Shown: piece after piece, positions 30,405 to 40,437 of the stretch
Layout: the number at the start of each line of letters is the position of its first letter
How positions within the stretch are numbered: position 1 is the stretch's first letter
DNA from: Candidatus Eiseniibacteriota bacterium
GTDB taxonomy: Bacteria > Eisenbacteria > RBG-16-71-46
Reading direction: 5' to 3'
DNA: 64,000 bases
NCBI GenBank assembly: GCA_031364845.1
Contig: JANLWX010000231.1
Coordinates: forward strand, 1 to 64,000
Notes under the pieces: generated by a model
Told to the model about the DNA's origin: nothing
What the model saw: only the letters and a program-made list of their open reading frames with translations
The model's database searches: none
Translations under genes and position numbers: made by a program

Positions 30405-32086
30405 GCGCGGCCTCCGACCAGTAGTTCCTTCGCCTGGCGGCGTGTGGTCTCGGTGGTCCTGCTCCCCGCGAGCATGCGTGCGATCTCCTCGATGCGATCG
30501 TCGCCTTCGAGCGGCTCGATGCGCGCGACGGTGCGCTTTAGGGACACGTGCTTGACCACGCGCAGGTGATGCGCGGCGAACGCCGCGATGATCGGAAGGT
30601 GGGTCACGCAGAGGATCTGGCGATGTCGCGACAGGCCGACGAGCCGTTCGCCGACCGCCTGTGCAACGGTGCCGCCGATCCCGGAATCTACTTCATCGAA
30701 AATCAGAACGTCAACGCGATCTTGGGTTTGCAGCGCTGACTTGAGGGCCAGCATGACCCGCGAAATCTCGCCTCCCGAGGCGATCCGCCGCAGGGGTTTC
30801 GCGGGTTCCCCGCGGTTCGCGGTGAACTGGATCTCCACACGGTCGAGCCCGTTCGCGAGGAACTCGGGGTCAGGGCCGGTGCCGCCCGCCACTTCGAACG
30901 CGAGTGCGGCGTGCTGGAATCCCAGCGGCTGCAGCTCACGCGTGAGCCGAGCGCTCCACTCCCGCGCCGCCGCCGCCCGCGCGCGCGACAACGCGCGGCC
31001 CGCGGTGAGGCACGCGGAACGCGCGCGCTCGTCTTCGGCACGCGCGGCGAGCAACGCTGCGTCCCCGCCGTCGCCGAGCGCCAGTCGTGCCGCGAGCTCC
31101 GCGTGCCACGTGATCAGCTCGTCGATGCTGCGCCGGTATTTCCGCGAAAGCCGCGCGATCTGCTCACGCCGCGACTCGATCGTTTCGAGCGTGGCCGGAT
31201 CGACATCGAGGCGCTCGAGATAGTCGGACAACGCGCGCACCGTCTCGCCGGTCGCGATGCGCGCCTCGTCGAGCGGCCCGACGATGCTCACGAGCCCCGG
31301 ATCGATCGCCGCCGCCTGATCGAGTGCGTGTGCGGCGGCATCGAGCGCGTGCGTCGCCGCGTCGTCGTCTTCGGACAGTCGCGCGAGCGCATGCGACGCG
31401 CGCTCGCGCAACCGGTCGGCATGCGCGAGCCGCGCGGCCTCTTCACGCAAACGCACGTCCTCACCCGGCGCGAGCTGCGCCGCATCGATCTCGCGCGCCG
31501 CCTCCTCCATCTCGCCGCGCTCGTCTTCGTAGGTTCGCATCGACGTTTCGAGCTGTTCGAGCTCGGCGCGTGCGCGACGGTGCTCGGCGAGGGCGGCCAC
31601 GTAGCGATCGCGCGCCTCGCCGAGACCCGCGAGGCGGTCGAGCGTCTCGATACCGGCGTCGGGACGCAGCAGGCTCTGGTGCTCGTGCTGGCCGTGGAGA
31701 TCGGCGAGGCGCTCGCCGAGCTGCTTCAAGGCGCCGAGCGTGACCGGCGACTGGTTGACGATCGCGCGGCTCTTGCCGGTGGCGGCGATCTCGCGGCGCA
31801 CGATTACGGTCTCGCCGTCGAACTCGATGCCCCACGCTTCGAGCAGTGCCGCGATCTCACGCGCGACGTCGGACGCCACGCGGAATTCGCCTTCGACGGT
31901 CGCGGTGCGGGCTCCATCGCGCACGAACTCGGCGTCCGCGCGTTCTCCGATGAGGAGATCCACCGCCTGGACGAGCAGCGATTTGCCCGAGCCGGTCTCC
32001 CCCGTGATCACGTTGAGTCCGGCCCCGAACACGATCTCGGCGCGGTCGATGAGCGCGAGATCCCGAAGCGTCAGACGCTCGAGCAT
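30401..32086 (-). CDS. recN: DNA repair protein RecN
   Basis: TGETGSGKS, HGQHEHQ, coiled coil, ASGGEISR, FDEVDSG and VTHLP. Confidence 0.96.
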   Translation of the reverse strand: MLERLTLRDLALIDRAEIVFGAGLNVITGETGSGKSLLVQAVDLLIGERADAEFVRDGARTATVEGEFRVASDVAREIAALLEAWGIEFDGETVIVRREIAATGKSRAIVNQSPVTLGALKQLGERLADLHGQHEHQSLLRPDAGIETLDRLAGLGEARDRYVAALAEHRRARAELEQLETSMRTYEDERGEMEEAAREIDAAQLAPGEDVRLREEAARLAHADRLRERASHALARLSEDDDAATHALDAAAHALDQAAAIDPGLVSIVGPLDEARIATGETVRALSDYLERLDVDPATLETIESRREQIARLSRKYRRSIDELITWHAELAARLALGDGGDAALLAARAEDERARSACLTAGRALSRARAAAAREWSARLTRELQPLGFQHAALAFEVAGGTGPDPEFLANGLDRVEIQFTANRGEPAKPLRRIASGGEISRVMLALKSALQTQDRVDVLIFDEVDSGIGGTVAQAVGERLVGLSRHRQILCVTHLPIIAAFAAHHLRVVKHVSLKRTVARIEPLEGDDRIEEIARMLAGSRTTETTRRQAKELLVGGRA

Positions 32087-32174
32087 GAAAACTCCAACCC
32101 GGGGGCGAGGATCAGGAAATGCATCGGGTGAGTCTAGCGACTCGACTGTTCGGCGGCCAACATGGGCGCGGGCG

Positions 32175-32774
32175 TCAGGGAAGCTCGCGAATCCGGTGCA
32201 GCGGAAGGATGACCTGAGTCGCGCGCCCGAGCACGCGATCGCGCGGCGTTAGCTCGGCGAGCGTGTCGCCGGAGGCGCGGCCGAGCCGTCCCGTGACAAG
32301 GACGCGGTCGCCGATCGCGATCGTCTCTCCCGCCCGGGCGGCCGAGACCGTCGCGGAGTCGAGTTGAACGAAGACCTCAGGACGCGCCACGCCCGGACCG
32401 ACCACGAACACCTGTTGGAGATCCGTGGCTCCATCACCGCGCGCAACCCACACGATCTGGCCGGGTTCGAGCGAAGCCACATCGCGGCGCACGACCACCA
32501 CGTCGTCATGGCGGAGCGGTGCCGCATCGGACGCGCGCGCTTCGACCAGCGCGTAGGGAGTTCCGGCGAGCACGAAGTGGGCGGCGAACACCAGCACGCC
32601 GCCCCAGTGATAGAAGAATACGACCAGCCCGACCAGCGTCCAGAACACGGTGCTGCCCGGAACTCCGATGTCGGGTTCGATCGGGTCGGGGGTCGGTTGC
32701 ACGCCGGGCTCGAGCGGCTCACCGGACCCGGGCTTCGAAACGCCTTCGGGCTGCGCGGCCGCTCTGCGGCGCAT
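32175..32774 (-). CDS. Membrane protein with degenerate S26 signal-peptidase-like domain
   Basis: TM segment followed by PLRHDDVVVVRR..LEPGQIVWV and C-terminal RVLGRATQVILPLHRI; catalytic S-M and K-R motifs not recognisable. Confidence 0.55.
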   Translation of the reverse strand: MRRRAAAQPEGVSKPGSGEPLEPGVQPTPDPIEPDIGVPGSTVFWTLVGLVVFFYHWGGVLVFAAHFVLAGTPYALVEARASDAAPLRHDDVVVVRRDVASLEPGQIVWVARGDGATDLQQVFVVGPGVARPEVFVQLDSATVSAARAGETIAIGDRVLVTGRLGRASGDTLAELTPRDRVLGRATQVILPLHRIRELP

Positions 32775-32815
32775 GCGCCGTTCGGTCCACGATCCGCGCT
32801 CGATGATTCGCAAGG

Positions 32816-33694
32816 CTACATACTCCGCTTCTTGCTCCCCTGCCAGCCGAGCTTCTTCTGCAGCGACCGCGCGAACGGCCGGTCGGGATTCTGATACATG
32901 AGCACTGACGTGCGGTCGAGATGGATGCGCACGTCGTCGCCGACCGCGAGGTCGACGATCTCCTGGCCGTCGAACAGCAGCACGGTGCGATCGAAGGATC
33001 CGAGCACCTTCACGTCGAGTTCCGCCCCCGGTCCCAGCACCAGCGGACGATTGCCGATCGAGTGCGCACACACCGGAGTCACCACCATCGCATCGACGTC
33101 GGGTGCGAGCACCGGTCCCCCGGCCGACAGTGAGTACGCAGTCGAGCCCGCCGCGGTCGCCGCGATCAATCCGTCGGCGACCAGATGTCCGAGGTCGCTG
33201 CCGAGAGCCGCGAGTCTCAGATGGACGGCGGCATAACCGCCCGCGCCCTTGATCACCGCGTCGTTCATCGCCACTCCGCGCGCGACCGTGCGGCCGCGCC
33301 GGCGCACGAGTGCGCTCACCATTCGGCGCGGCACCACGGGCCACGTGCGGTCGAGCGCGTGTTTGAGGGCGGCGGCGATCTCTCGGTTCTCGGCGACGGT
33401 GAGAAAGCCGAGGCCGCCGAGGTTGATCGGCAGCAGTGCGGCCTTGGTCCCGGCGATCGCGCGTCCACCGACGAGCACCGTGCCGTCGCCGCCGAGCGTC
33501 ACCAGGATCTCGCACCACTCGGCGAGTTCCTTGAGCGGGAGGCCGTCTTCGCCCATTTCACCGGCGAGGCGGGCATCCGCGCGGACCTCGATCTTGCGCC
33601 GCGTGAGCATGGAGCGCAGCCGCTGGGCCGCGAGCCGGATCCCCGGCCTCGAAGTGTGACCGAGAATCCCGACGCGCCGGATGCGCGCGCTCAT
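32816..33694 (-). CDS. nadK: NAD kinase
   Basis: LGGDGT, INLGGLGFL, ND motif and DGLIAATAAGSTAYSLSAGGP. Confidence 0.94.
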   Translation of the reverse strand: MSARIRRVGILGHTSRPGIRLAAQRLRSMLTRRKIEVRADARLAGEMGEDGLPLKELAEWCEILVTLGGDGTVLVGGRAIAGTKAALLPINLGGLGFLTVAENREIAAALKHALDRTWPVVPRRMVSALVRRRGRTVARGVAMNDAVIKGAGGYAAVHLRLAALGSDLGHLVADGLIAATAAGSTAYSLSAGGPVLAPDVDAMVVTPVCAHSIGNRPLVLGPGAELDVKVLGSFDRTVLLFDGQEIVDLAVGDDVRIHLDRTSVLMYQNPDRPFARSLQKKLGWQGSKKRSM

Positions 33695-35577
33695 GTGTAC
33701 TGGCGTTGGGCGATCTGGACCCAGTCGAGCACGCGGCGCGCGATCCCCGACGCATCGAGCCCGGCCTGTTCGAGCAGTTCGTCGCGCTTGCCGTGGAGCA
33801 TGAACTGCTCCGGCATCGCGATGCGATGGAGCGGCGTGCCCGACAGTCCGTTGCGGTCGAGGCATTCGCTGACCGCACTGCCGAAGCCGCCCATCGGCAC
33901 GTTCTCTTCGATCGTGACGATGCGCCCGACGGATTTCGCGAGACCGATGATCGCCTTCTCATCGAGCGGGGCCACGAAGCGCGCATCCACCACGGTCGCG
34001 GAGATGCCGTCGTGGTCGAGCATCTCGGCGGCCTTGAGAGCCGGCAGCACCATGGTGCCGATCGCGAAGATCGCGACATCGCCTCCGGCGCGCAGCTGTT
34101 CCGACACGCCGATCGCGAGCTGCTTCGGCGCGCGCTTGGGAAGTTCGTCCTCGGGAATGTTGGCGCGCGGGAACCGCACCGCGACCGGACCGTCGTAGCG
34201 GATGCCGGTCCACAGCATGTCGCGCAGTTCCTCGCCATTGCGCGGCGCCATCACGACCACGCCGGGGATCATTCGCAGAAAACCGAGATCGAAGCATCCG
34301 TGCTGCGGCGCACCGTCTTCGCCGACGATGCCGGCACGGTCGACGGCGAGCAGCATGTGCAGGTCCTGGACCGCGACGTCGTGAATGATCTGATCGAACG
34401 ATCGCTGGAGGAACGTCGAGTAGATGGCGGTGATCGGTCGCATGCCGCCGGCCGCGAGTCCGGCCGAATACGTGACGGCGTGCTCCTCGGCCATGCCGAC
34501 GTCGAAGAAGCGCTCGGGGAACTGCTTCGAGAACGGCTTGAGCCCGGTGTTGTCGGTCATCGCCGCGGTCACCGCGACGACCTCGGGAATCTTCTTCGCG
34601 ATCTCGAGTGCGGTTTCGCCGAACACGTGCGTGTAGGTCTTGCGCGCGCTCTTCGAAGTCGTGCCCGTTTCGGGGTCGAACACGCCGATGCCGTGGAAGG
34701 TGGTCGCATCGCCTTCGGCCGGCTTGTAGCCCTTGCCCTTGCGGGTCACGACGTGCAGCAGTGTCGGTCCTTCGAAACGCTTGAGGTCGCTCAGCGTCTC
34801 CTCGAGCACGTCGAAGTCGTGGCCGTCGATCGGACCGAAGTACTTGAGCCCGAGTTCTTCGAACAGGATGCCGGGCACCACGAGATTCTGGAGCCCTTCC
34901 TTGACGCGCCGGGCACCTTCGCGCGCCCGCAGCGCCTTCGGCAGCTTGCCCAGCAAGTCGTAGACGTCGGACTCGAAGCGGCGGTAGATGCGGCTCGTCG
35001 TCAGCTTGGTGAGATAGCGGTGGATCGCGCCGATGTTGGGCGAAATGCTCATCTCGTTGTCGTTCAGGATCACGATCATCCGTTTGCCGAGCTCACCGAC
35101 GTTGTTGAGCCCTTCGAACGCCATGCCTCCGGTGAGCGCTCCGTCGCCGATCACCGCGATCACATGGTGATTCTCGCCCTTCAGATCGCGCGCGACGGCC
35201 AATCCGAGCCCGGCGGAGATCGAGGTGCTGCCGTGGCAGGTGCCGAACGGATCGTGCTCGCTCTCCTGGCGCCGCGGATAGCCGGCGATGCCGCCGAGCG
35301 TGCGCAGGGTGTCGAACTGCTCGTAGCGTCCGGTGACGAGCTTGTGCGGATACGACTGGTGCCCGACGTCCCAGATGATGCGGTCGGTCGGCGAGTCGAA
35401 GACGCGGTGAAGCGCCAGCGTCAGTTCGATCACCCCGAGATTGGGAGCCAGATGCCCGGCGCGGCGCGCCACGGTCTGGATGATCACGTGGCGCATCTCG
35501 ACCGCGAGCGCTTCGAGCTCGGGCCGCGTGAGCGCCTTGACGTCGGCGGGCGAATGAATCCGTTCGAGCAGGGTCAT
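33691..35577 (-). CDS. dxs: 1-deoxy-D-xylulose-5-phosphate synthase
   Basis: GHLAPNLG, WDVGHQSYPHK, GDGALTGG..EGLN, LNDNEMSI, IYSTFLQR and DRAGIVGEDG. Confidence 0.97.
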   Translation of the reverse strand: MTLLERIHSPADVKALTRPELEALAVEMRHVIIQTVARRAGHLAPNLGVIELTLALHRVFDSPTDRIIWDVGHQSYPHKLVTGRYEQFDTLRTLGGIAGYPRRQESEHDPFGTCHGSTSISAGLGLAVARDLKGENHHVIAVIGDGALTGGMAFEGLNNVGELGKRMIVILNDNEMSISPNIGAIHRYLTKLTTSRIYRRFESDVYDLLGKLPKALRAREGARRVKEGLQNLVVPGILFEELGLKYFGPIDGHDFDVLEETLSDLKRFEGPTLLHVVTRKGKGYKPAEGDATTFHGIGVFDPETGTTSKSARKTYTHVFGETALEIAKKIPEVVAVTAAMTDNTGLKPFSKQFPERFFDVGMAEEHAVTYSAGLAAGGMRPITAIYSTFLQRSFDQIIHDVAVQDLHMLLAVDRAGIVGEDGAPQHGCFDLGFLRMIPGVVVMAPRNGEELRDMLWTGIRYDGPVAVRFPRANIPEDELPKRAPKQLAIGVSEQLRAGGDVAIFAIGTMVLPALKAAEMLDHDGISATVVDARFVAPLDEKAIIGLAKSVGRIVTIEENVPMGGFGSAVSECLDRNGLSGTPLHRIAMPEQFMLHGKRDELLEQAGLDASGIARRVLDWVQIAQRQYT

Positions 35578-36035
35578 TAGAAGATCCAGTGCCAGAATAC
35601 GGCGGTCAGGACGCCCAGCACCGCCCCGACGAATACTTCGAGGGGGGTGTGCCCCAGTAGCTCCATGAGTTTCTGCGCGCCGACTTCGGGATGCTTGAAA
35701 TGTTCGTCGATCAGGCGGTTCAGAATCTTCGCCTGCCGGCCTGCGGCACGTCGTAAGCCCGCAGCATCATACATAACGATCAGGCTGAAATACAGAGTGG
35801 CCGCGAACACCGGCGAGCGGAAACCTTCCTGGATTCCGAGCGAAGTCGACAGTGCGGCGACCGAAGCGGCATGCGAACTCGGCATGCCGCCGGTTTCGAC
35901 GAAACGCCGCAGATTCCACCGGCGTGTCAGGAAATAGACCAGGAATCCCTTGAAGCCCTGAACGGCGAACCCGACCCCCAGCGCGAGCCAGAAGGCGATA
36001 TTCGGAAGAATGTGGAATTCAGAGTTCGTGGCCAT
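35577..36035 (-). CDS. Divergent PAP2 family protein (DUF212)
   Basis: TGGMPSSH, VMYDAAGLRRAAG.QA..LN and ELLGHTP.EV. Confidence 0.92.
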   Translation of the reverse strand: MATNSEFHILPNIAFWLALGVGFAVQGFKGFLVYFLTRRWNLRRFVETGGMPSSHAASVAALSTSLGIQEGFRSPVFAATLYFSLIVMYDAAGLRRAAGRQAKILNRLIDEHFKHPEVGAQKLMELLGHTPLEVFVGAVLGVLTAVFWHWIF

Positions 36036-36089
36036 TGTCGTGGGTTTATCGGCGCGCGACGGCGGCAGCGTGGGCGATTTCGCAGGGCA

Positions 36090-37055
36090 TCATCGCTCCC
36101 GCTCGGCGACGGTCAGCATCAAGCCGGCGAGCTTATGGGCACTGGGGCCGAATCCGGTGACGCGACCCACGGCGGCCTGAAACAGCCGCGCGGCATCGAA
36201 GCGCGCGCGCTCCTCGCCCACCGCCCGCGGGTAAGTCGCCTTGCCCCGGGCATCGTCGGTCCCGGTGCGCTTGCCGAGCCGCGCGAGCGTGGAGACCCGG
36301 TTCAGGAGATCGTCATGGATCTGAAACGCGAGACCCAGCTCGTGGCCGCACACTTCCAGCGTTCGCAAGGCCGCGGCGTCGGCGTCGGCCGCGATTCCGC
36401 CCAGCACCAGCGACGCGGCTACCAGCGCGCCGGTCTTGCGCCGGTGGATGTCGCGGACCTGAGCGCCCGTCACGCGGCGGCGCTCGGCCTCGATGTCGAG
36501 CACCTGCCCGCCCACGAGCTCCCGGCTGCCGGCCGCGCGCGCGAGCACCTGCACCGCCTCGACCACGCGTACTGCCGGCACACCCTGGTCGGCGAGCCGC
36601 GCGACGTGTTCGAACGCGAGTGCCAGCAGCGCATCGCCGGCAAGCACGCCGAGCGCTTCTCCGTACTTCTTGTGCGTGGTGAGCCGGCCGCGGCGATAGT
36701 CGTCGTCGTCCATCGCGGGCAGATCGTCGTGGACCAGCGAGAACGCGTGCACGCACTCAACCGCGACGGCGGCAGGCAGCGCCCGCTGCCAGCGCCCGCC
36801 CGCGGCCTCGCACGCCGCGAGCACCAGCAGCGGACGCATGCGTTTGCCGGGCGACAGCGCGCTGTAACGCACCGCCGCATGGAGCCGTGGCGGCGAGAGC
36901 GTCGCCGCCGGCAGCGCGGCGGCGAAATACCGCTCGAACTCTGCGCGCATGCGGTCGATCCCGGCCGGCAACGGTGCGTTCGCGGCGCGCGACACGGCCG
37001 AAGCTCCGGAGGGAACGCGACGGCGCACGCGCCGGATGGGAGTCGCGACGCTCAA
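36090..37055 (-). CDS. ispA: Farnesyl/geranylgeranyl diphosphate synthase
   Basis: GKRMRP, SLVHDDLPAMDDDDYRRG, GQ..D, KTGAL and FQIHDD. Start uncertain. Confidence 0.92.
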   Translation of the reverse strand: MSVATPIRRVRRRVPSGASAVSRAANAPLPAGIDRMRAEFERYFAAALPAATLSPPRLHAAVRYSALSPGKRMRPLLVLAACEAAGGRWQRALPAAVAVECVHAFSLVHDDLPAMDDDDYRRGRLTTHKKYGEALGVLAGDALLALAFEHVARLADQGVPAVRVVEAVQVLARAAGSRELVGGQVLDIEAERRRVTGAQVRDIHRRKTGALVAASLVLGGIAADADAAALRTLEVCGHELGLAFQIHDDLLNRVSTLARLGKRTGTDDARGKATYPRAVGEERARFDAARLFQAAVGRVTGFGPSAHKLAGLMLTVAERER

Positions 37056-37363
37056 AACGGCAGCTCGCCCTCGGGCGGCTCGTTCGCCTGCGAGTCGAAT
37101 TCCATCGGCTGCGTGACCGGAGCCGAATCTTCGTCGCCCGATTCGATCAGCCGCTCGATGCGCTTCTCGGCTTCGTCGAGCTGATGCGTGAGGCGCTTCG
37201 ACAGCTTCATGCCTTCTTCATAGCGCTCGATCGACTCGTCCAGCGTCAGCTCTCCCCGCTCGAGTTCATCGACGATCGTGCGCAGTCGCTCGAGCGCGGC
37301 CTCGAAGCTGAGATTGGGGCCGCCGGTCGTCGCGTCCGGTACTGCGGGCTTCCTAGCGGGCAT
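37052..37363 (-). CDS. xseB: Exodeoxyribonuclease VII small subunit
   Basis: SFEAALERL..IV..LE.GELTLDESI..YEEG..L. Confidence 0.93.
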   Translation of the reverse strand: MPARKPAVPDATTGGPNLSFEAALERLRTIVDELERGELTLDESIERYEEGMKLSKRLTHQLDEAEKRIERLIESGDEDSAPVTQPMEFDSQANEPPEGELPF

Positions 37364-38723
37364 CAGGTCCTCCGGATCGCACCGTCTCGATGCGGGCGTC
37401 GGCTTCTCCGCGCGCGAACTCGATCGTCACGCGCTCACCCACGGTCAGCGTCTCGACGGTGCGCAGCACACTACCGTCGGCGCCCCGCGCCAGGCAATAG
37501 CCGCGCTCGAGCACGAGGCGCGGGGACAGCGCGCGCAGCTGGTCCACGCACGACGTCACCTGGCGACGGCGGTCGTGCAGTGCCCGGACCAGCGCCGGTG
37601 CCAGGGCGGCTTCGAGCTCGCGGGGTTCGTCGCTGAGCGCGGCCAGCGTGCGCGGCCACTCGCGCAGCGCGTAGCTCGCGGCGAGATGCTCGATCGACTG
37701 GCGGACGCTCCCCAGGCGGGAGCGCAGTGCGAAGCGCATGCGCAGCGTCGACTCGCCGACCGTCGTATGCCAGCCCTCGAACAGCTGCTGCAGGCGCTGG
37801 AAGCCGTATTTCTGCGTGAGGTGCATGAGCGCCTGGCGCCGCGATTCGAGCCGGCGTTCGAGCGCGCGACGGCTGCGCCACGTGAGGTGCCCGAGATCCT
37901 CGAGCAGTTTTACCCGCTCGCACACCACGAGCTCCGCGGCGTTGGACGGTGTGGCGGCCCGCACGTCGGCCGCGGCGTCGGCGAGCGTCCAGTCCACTTC
38001 GTGTCCGACCGCCGAGACGATCGGGATCGCGGAGCCCGCGATCGCACGCACCACGACTTCCTCGTTGAATGCCCACAGATCCTCGATCGAGCCGCCGCCG
38101 CGTCCGACAATCAGGACATCGACCGCCCCGTGGCGATTGAAACGCCGGATCGCATCGGCAATCTCGAGTGCGGCACCCGGTCCCTGCACGCGCACCGGCG
38201 CGAACACGACCGCGATGCCGGGCATGCGCCCGCGCAGCACCTTCACGATGTCGCGGATCGCGGCCCCGACCGGCGAAGTCACCACTCCGATCCGCCGCGG
38301 GTAGCGCGGCAGTGGACGCTTGCGCGCGGGATCGAACAGGCCTTCGGCGGTGAGGCGCTGCTTCAGCTGTTCGAGCTGCAGCAGCAATGCTCCGAGGCCG
38401 GCCGGGCGCATCTGCTTGACGGAGAACTGGTAGTTGCCGCGCGGCTCGTAGACCGTGATGTCGCCGAACGCTTCGATCTCGAGGCCTTCCTTCGGCTCGA
38501 ATCCGAGTCCGCTCGCGGTGCGCGACCACATCACGCAGTCGAGTGCCGCGTCCTTGCCGTCCTTGAGCTTGAAGTAGAGATGCCCGCTGTCGGCGCGCTT
38601 GAAACCCGACAGCTCGCCCTTGACCCACACGCCGGTGAATTGCTCGGCGAGCGCCTCCTTGATGGCGCGCGTCAGCTCGAGGACCGAAAGGACCCGGTCG
38701 TTCCCGGCCGGTGCGAGGCTCAT
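37353..38723 (-). CDS. xseA: Exodeoxyribonuclease VII large subunit
   Basis: VWVKGELS, SGHLYF.LKD, IGVVTS..GAA.RD, GRGGGSIEDLWAFNEE, SAVGHE.D and LSP..VLERGY. Confidence 0.96.
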   Translation of the reverse strand: MSLAPAGNDRVLSVLELTRAIKEALAEQFTGVWVKGELSGFKRADSGHLYFKLKDGKDAALDCVMWSRTASGLGFEPKEGLEIEAFGDITVYEPRGNYQFSVKQMRPAGLGALLLQLEQLKQRLTAEGLFDPARKRPLPRYPRRIGVVTSPVGAAIRDIVKVLRGRMPGIAVVFAPVRVQGPGAALEIADAIRRFNRHGAVDVLIVGRGGGSIEDLWAFNEEVVVRAIAGSAIPIVSAVGHEVDWTLADAAADVRAATPSNAAELVVCERVKLLEDLGHLTWRSRRALERRLESRRQALMHLTQKYGFQRLQQLFEGWHTTVGESTLRMRFALRSRLGSVRQSIEHLAASYALREWPRTLAALSDEPRELEAALAPALVRALHDRRRQVTSCVDQLRALSPRLVLERGYCLARGADGSVLRTVETLTVGERVTIEFARGEADARIETVRSGGPDAR

Positions 38724-40417
38724 CGCGCGGCTTCTTCTCCGATGGTCTGGCGCGCGGCGGCGAGCACGAGGTTCGACACCACCATCGCCACCGTCATCGG
38801 ACCCACACCACCCGGAACCGGCGTCAGCGCACCCGCAACCTCGATCACCGACTCCGCGTGCACATCGCCGCAGAGTCGTGAGCCGCTGCGCTTTTCGGGA
38901 GCGGCGACGCGATGCACACCGACGTCGACGACCGTCGCACCCGGCTTCACCCACTCGGCGGTGACCGCTTCGGGCCGGCCCATCGCGACCACCAGCAGAT
39001 CCGCCTCGCGCGCGAGACGCTGGAGCGCGGGCCCGCTCGCGCTGTGACCGATCGTCACCGTCGCATCGACGCCTTTGGTCGAGAGCAGCGTCGCGACCGG
39101 GCGCCCGACGATCGAGCTGCGCCCCAACACGACCGCGTGGGTGCCCGCGAGCGGCACCTGATGAAAGCGCAGCAGCTCGAGAATGCCGCGCGGTGTGCAC
39201 GGCACGAGTGACGGAAGTCCGAGGCTCAGGCGTCCGGCGTTCACCGGATGGAAGCCATCGACATCCTTGCCCGGGGGGATTGCATCCAGCACTTCGTCCG
39301 CGCGCGCGGGGGCGGCCAGCGGAAGCTGGACGAGGATGCCGTGAACGTCCGGGTCGTCGCCGAGCTGGCGCACTTTCGCGACCACGGTACGCGTGTCGGT
39401 GCCGGCGGGCAGCGAGATGCGGCGGACCTCGATGCCCGCTTCCTTGCATGCGTCGTCCTTCTTGCGCATGTAGATCTGGGAGGCCGGATCGTCCCCGACC
39501 GAGACCAGCGCCAGGCACGGTTCGACGCCCCCCGCGCGCAGGCGCGACACTTCGATCTGCGCCGCGTAGCGCACGCTCGCGGCCGGATCGTCGCCGCGCA
39601 GCAGCCGCGCCTGCCCGGCGGGCGTCGCGTCGGGCGTGTAGCGCATCTGGATGCGCTCGATCGAGTGCGCCTTGCCGGTCGCGGGATCGACGCGGACCAC
39701 GGCGCCGTTCAGGCGCAGGTCGCCATCCGACGGCGACAGCCGCTCGTTCATGAGCGTCGTGAAACGTCGCAGTGCCGCGACGCGGTCCATGCCGATCACC
39801 GAATCGAAGCCGCCCGTCATGCCGGCGTCGGTCAGGTACGCGGTGCCTTTGGGCAGCACGCGCTCGTCCGCTGTCTGCACGTGCGTATGCGTGCCGAACA
39901 GCGCGCTCACGCGGCCGTCGAGGTTCCAGCCCATGGCGACCTTCTCGGCGGTGGTCTCGGCGTGGAAATCGAGCACGATGATCTTCGCCTGATCGCGCAG
40001 CGCTTCGAGCGTGCGCTCGATCGAGGCGAACGGCGAATCGATCTCCTTCATGAACACGCGGCCGAGCATGCTGATCACGGCGACCGGCGTGCCGTCCTGC
40101 GCGCGGAACACGCCAAAGCCCTGCCCCGGCGTCGTGGCCGGCATGTTGGCGGGCCGCACCAGTCGCGGTTCCTCGGCGAGATAACCGTGGCTCTCCTTCT
40201 TGTCCCACAGATGATTGCCGCCGGTGAGCACATCGCATCCGGCCGCGAACAGTTCCGCCGCGCCGTCACGCGTGACACCGAACCCGCCCGCCGAGTTCTC
40301 GGCGTTGCAGATCACGAGACCGATTTCGTGGCGCCGGCGCAGCTCGGGCAGCAGCGCTTTCACCACCTTGCGGCCGGGTGAACCCACGACATCGGCGATG
40401 AACAGGATGTTGAGCAA
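38720..40417 (-). CDS. Fusion: YmdB/TIGR00282 metallophosphoesterase + FolD methylene-THF dehydrogenase/cyclohydrolase
   Basis: N half: FIADVVG, NAEN, GNHLWD, DFHAE and GTHTHVQTADE. C half: VGDDPAS..Y, GILVQLPL, KDVDG, PCTP, GRS.IVG.P and TPVPGGVGPMT. One reading frame; TTG start with GAGGAG RBS. Confidence 0.92.
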   Translation of the reverse strand: MLNILFIADVVGSPGRKVVKALLPELRRRHEIGLVICNAENSAGGFGVTRDGAAELFAAGCDVLTGGNHLWDKKESHGYLAEEPRLVRPANMPATTPGQGFGVFRAQDGTPVAVISMLGRVFMKEIDSPFASIERTLEALRDQAKIIVLDFHAETTAEKVAMGWNLDGRVSALFGTHTHVQTADERVLPKGTAYLTDAGMTGGFDSVIGMDRVAALRRFTTLMNERLSPSDGDLRLNGAVVRVDPATGKAHSIERIQMRYTPDATPAGQARLLRGDDPAASVRYAAQIEVSRLRAGGVEPCLALVSVGDDPASQIYMRKKDDACKEAGIEVRRISLPAGTDTRTVVAKVRQLGDDPDVHGILVQLPLAAPARADEVLDAIPPGKDVDGFHPVNAGRLSLGLPSLVPCTPRGILELLRFHQVPLAGTHAVVLGRSSIVGRPVATLLSTKGVDATVTIGHSASGPALQRLAREADLLVVAMGRPEAVTAEWVKPGATVVDVGVHRVAAPEKRSGSRLCGDVHAESVIEVAGALTPVPGGVGPMTVAMVVSNLVLAAARQTIGEEAAR

Positions 40418-40437
40418 CCGGACTCCTCGTGGTTTCG

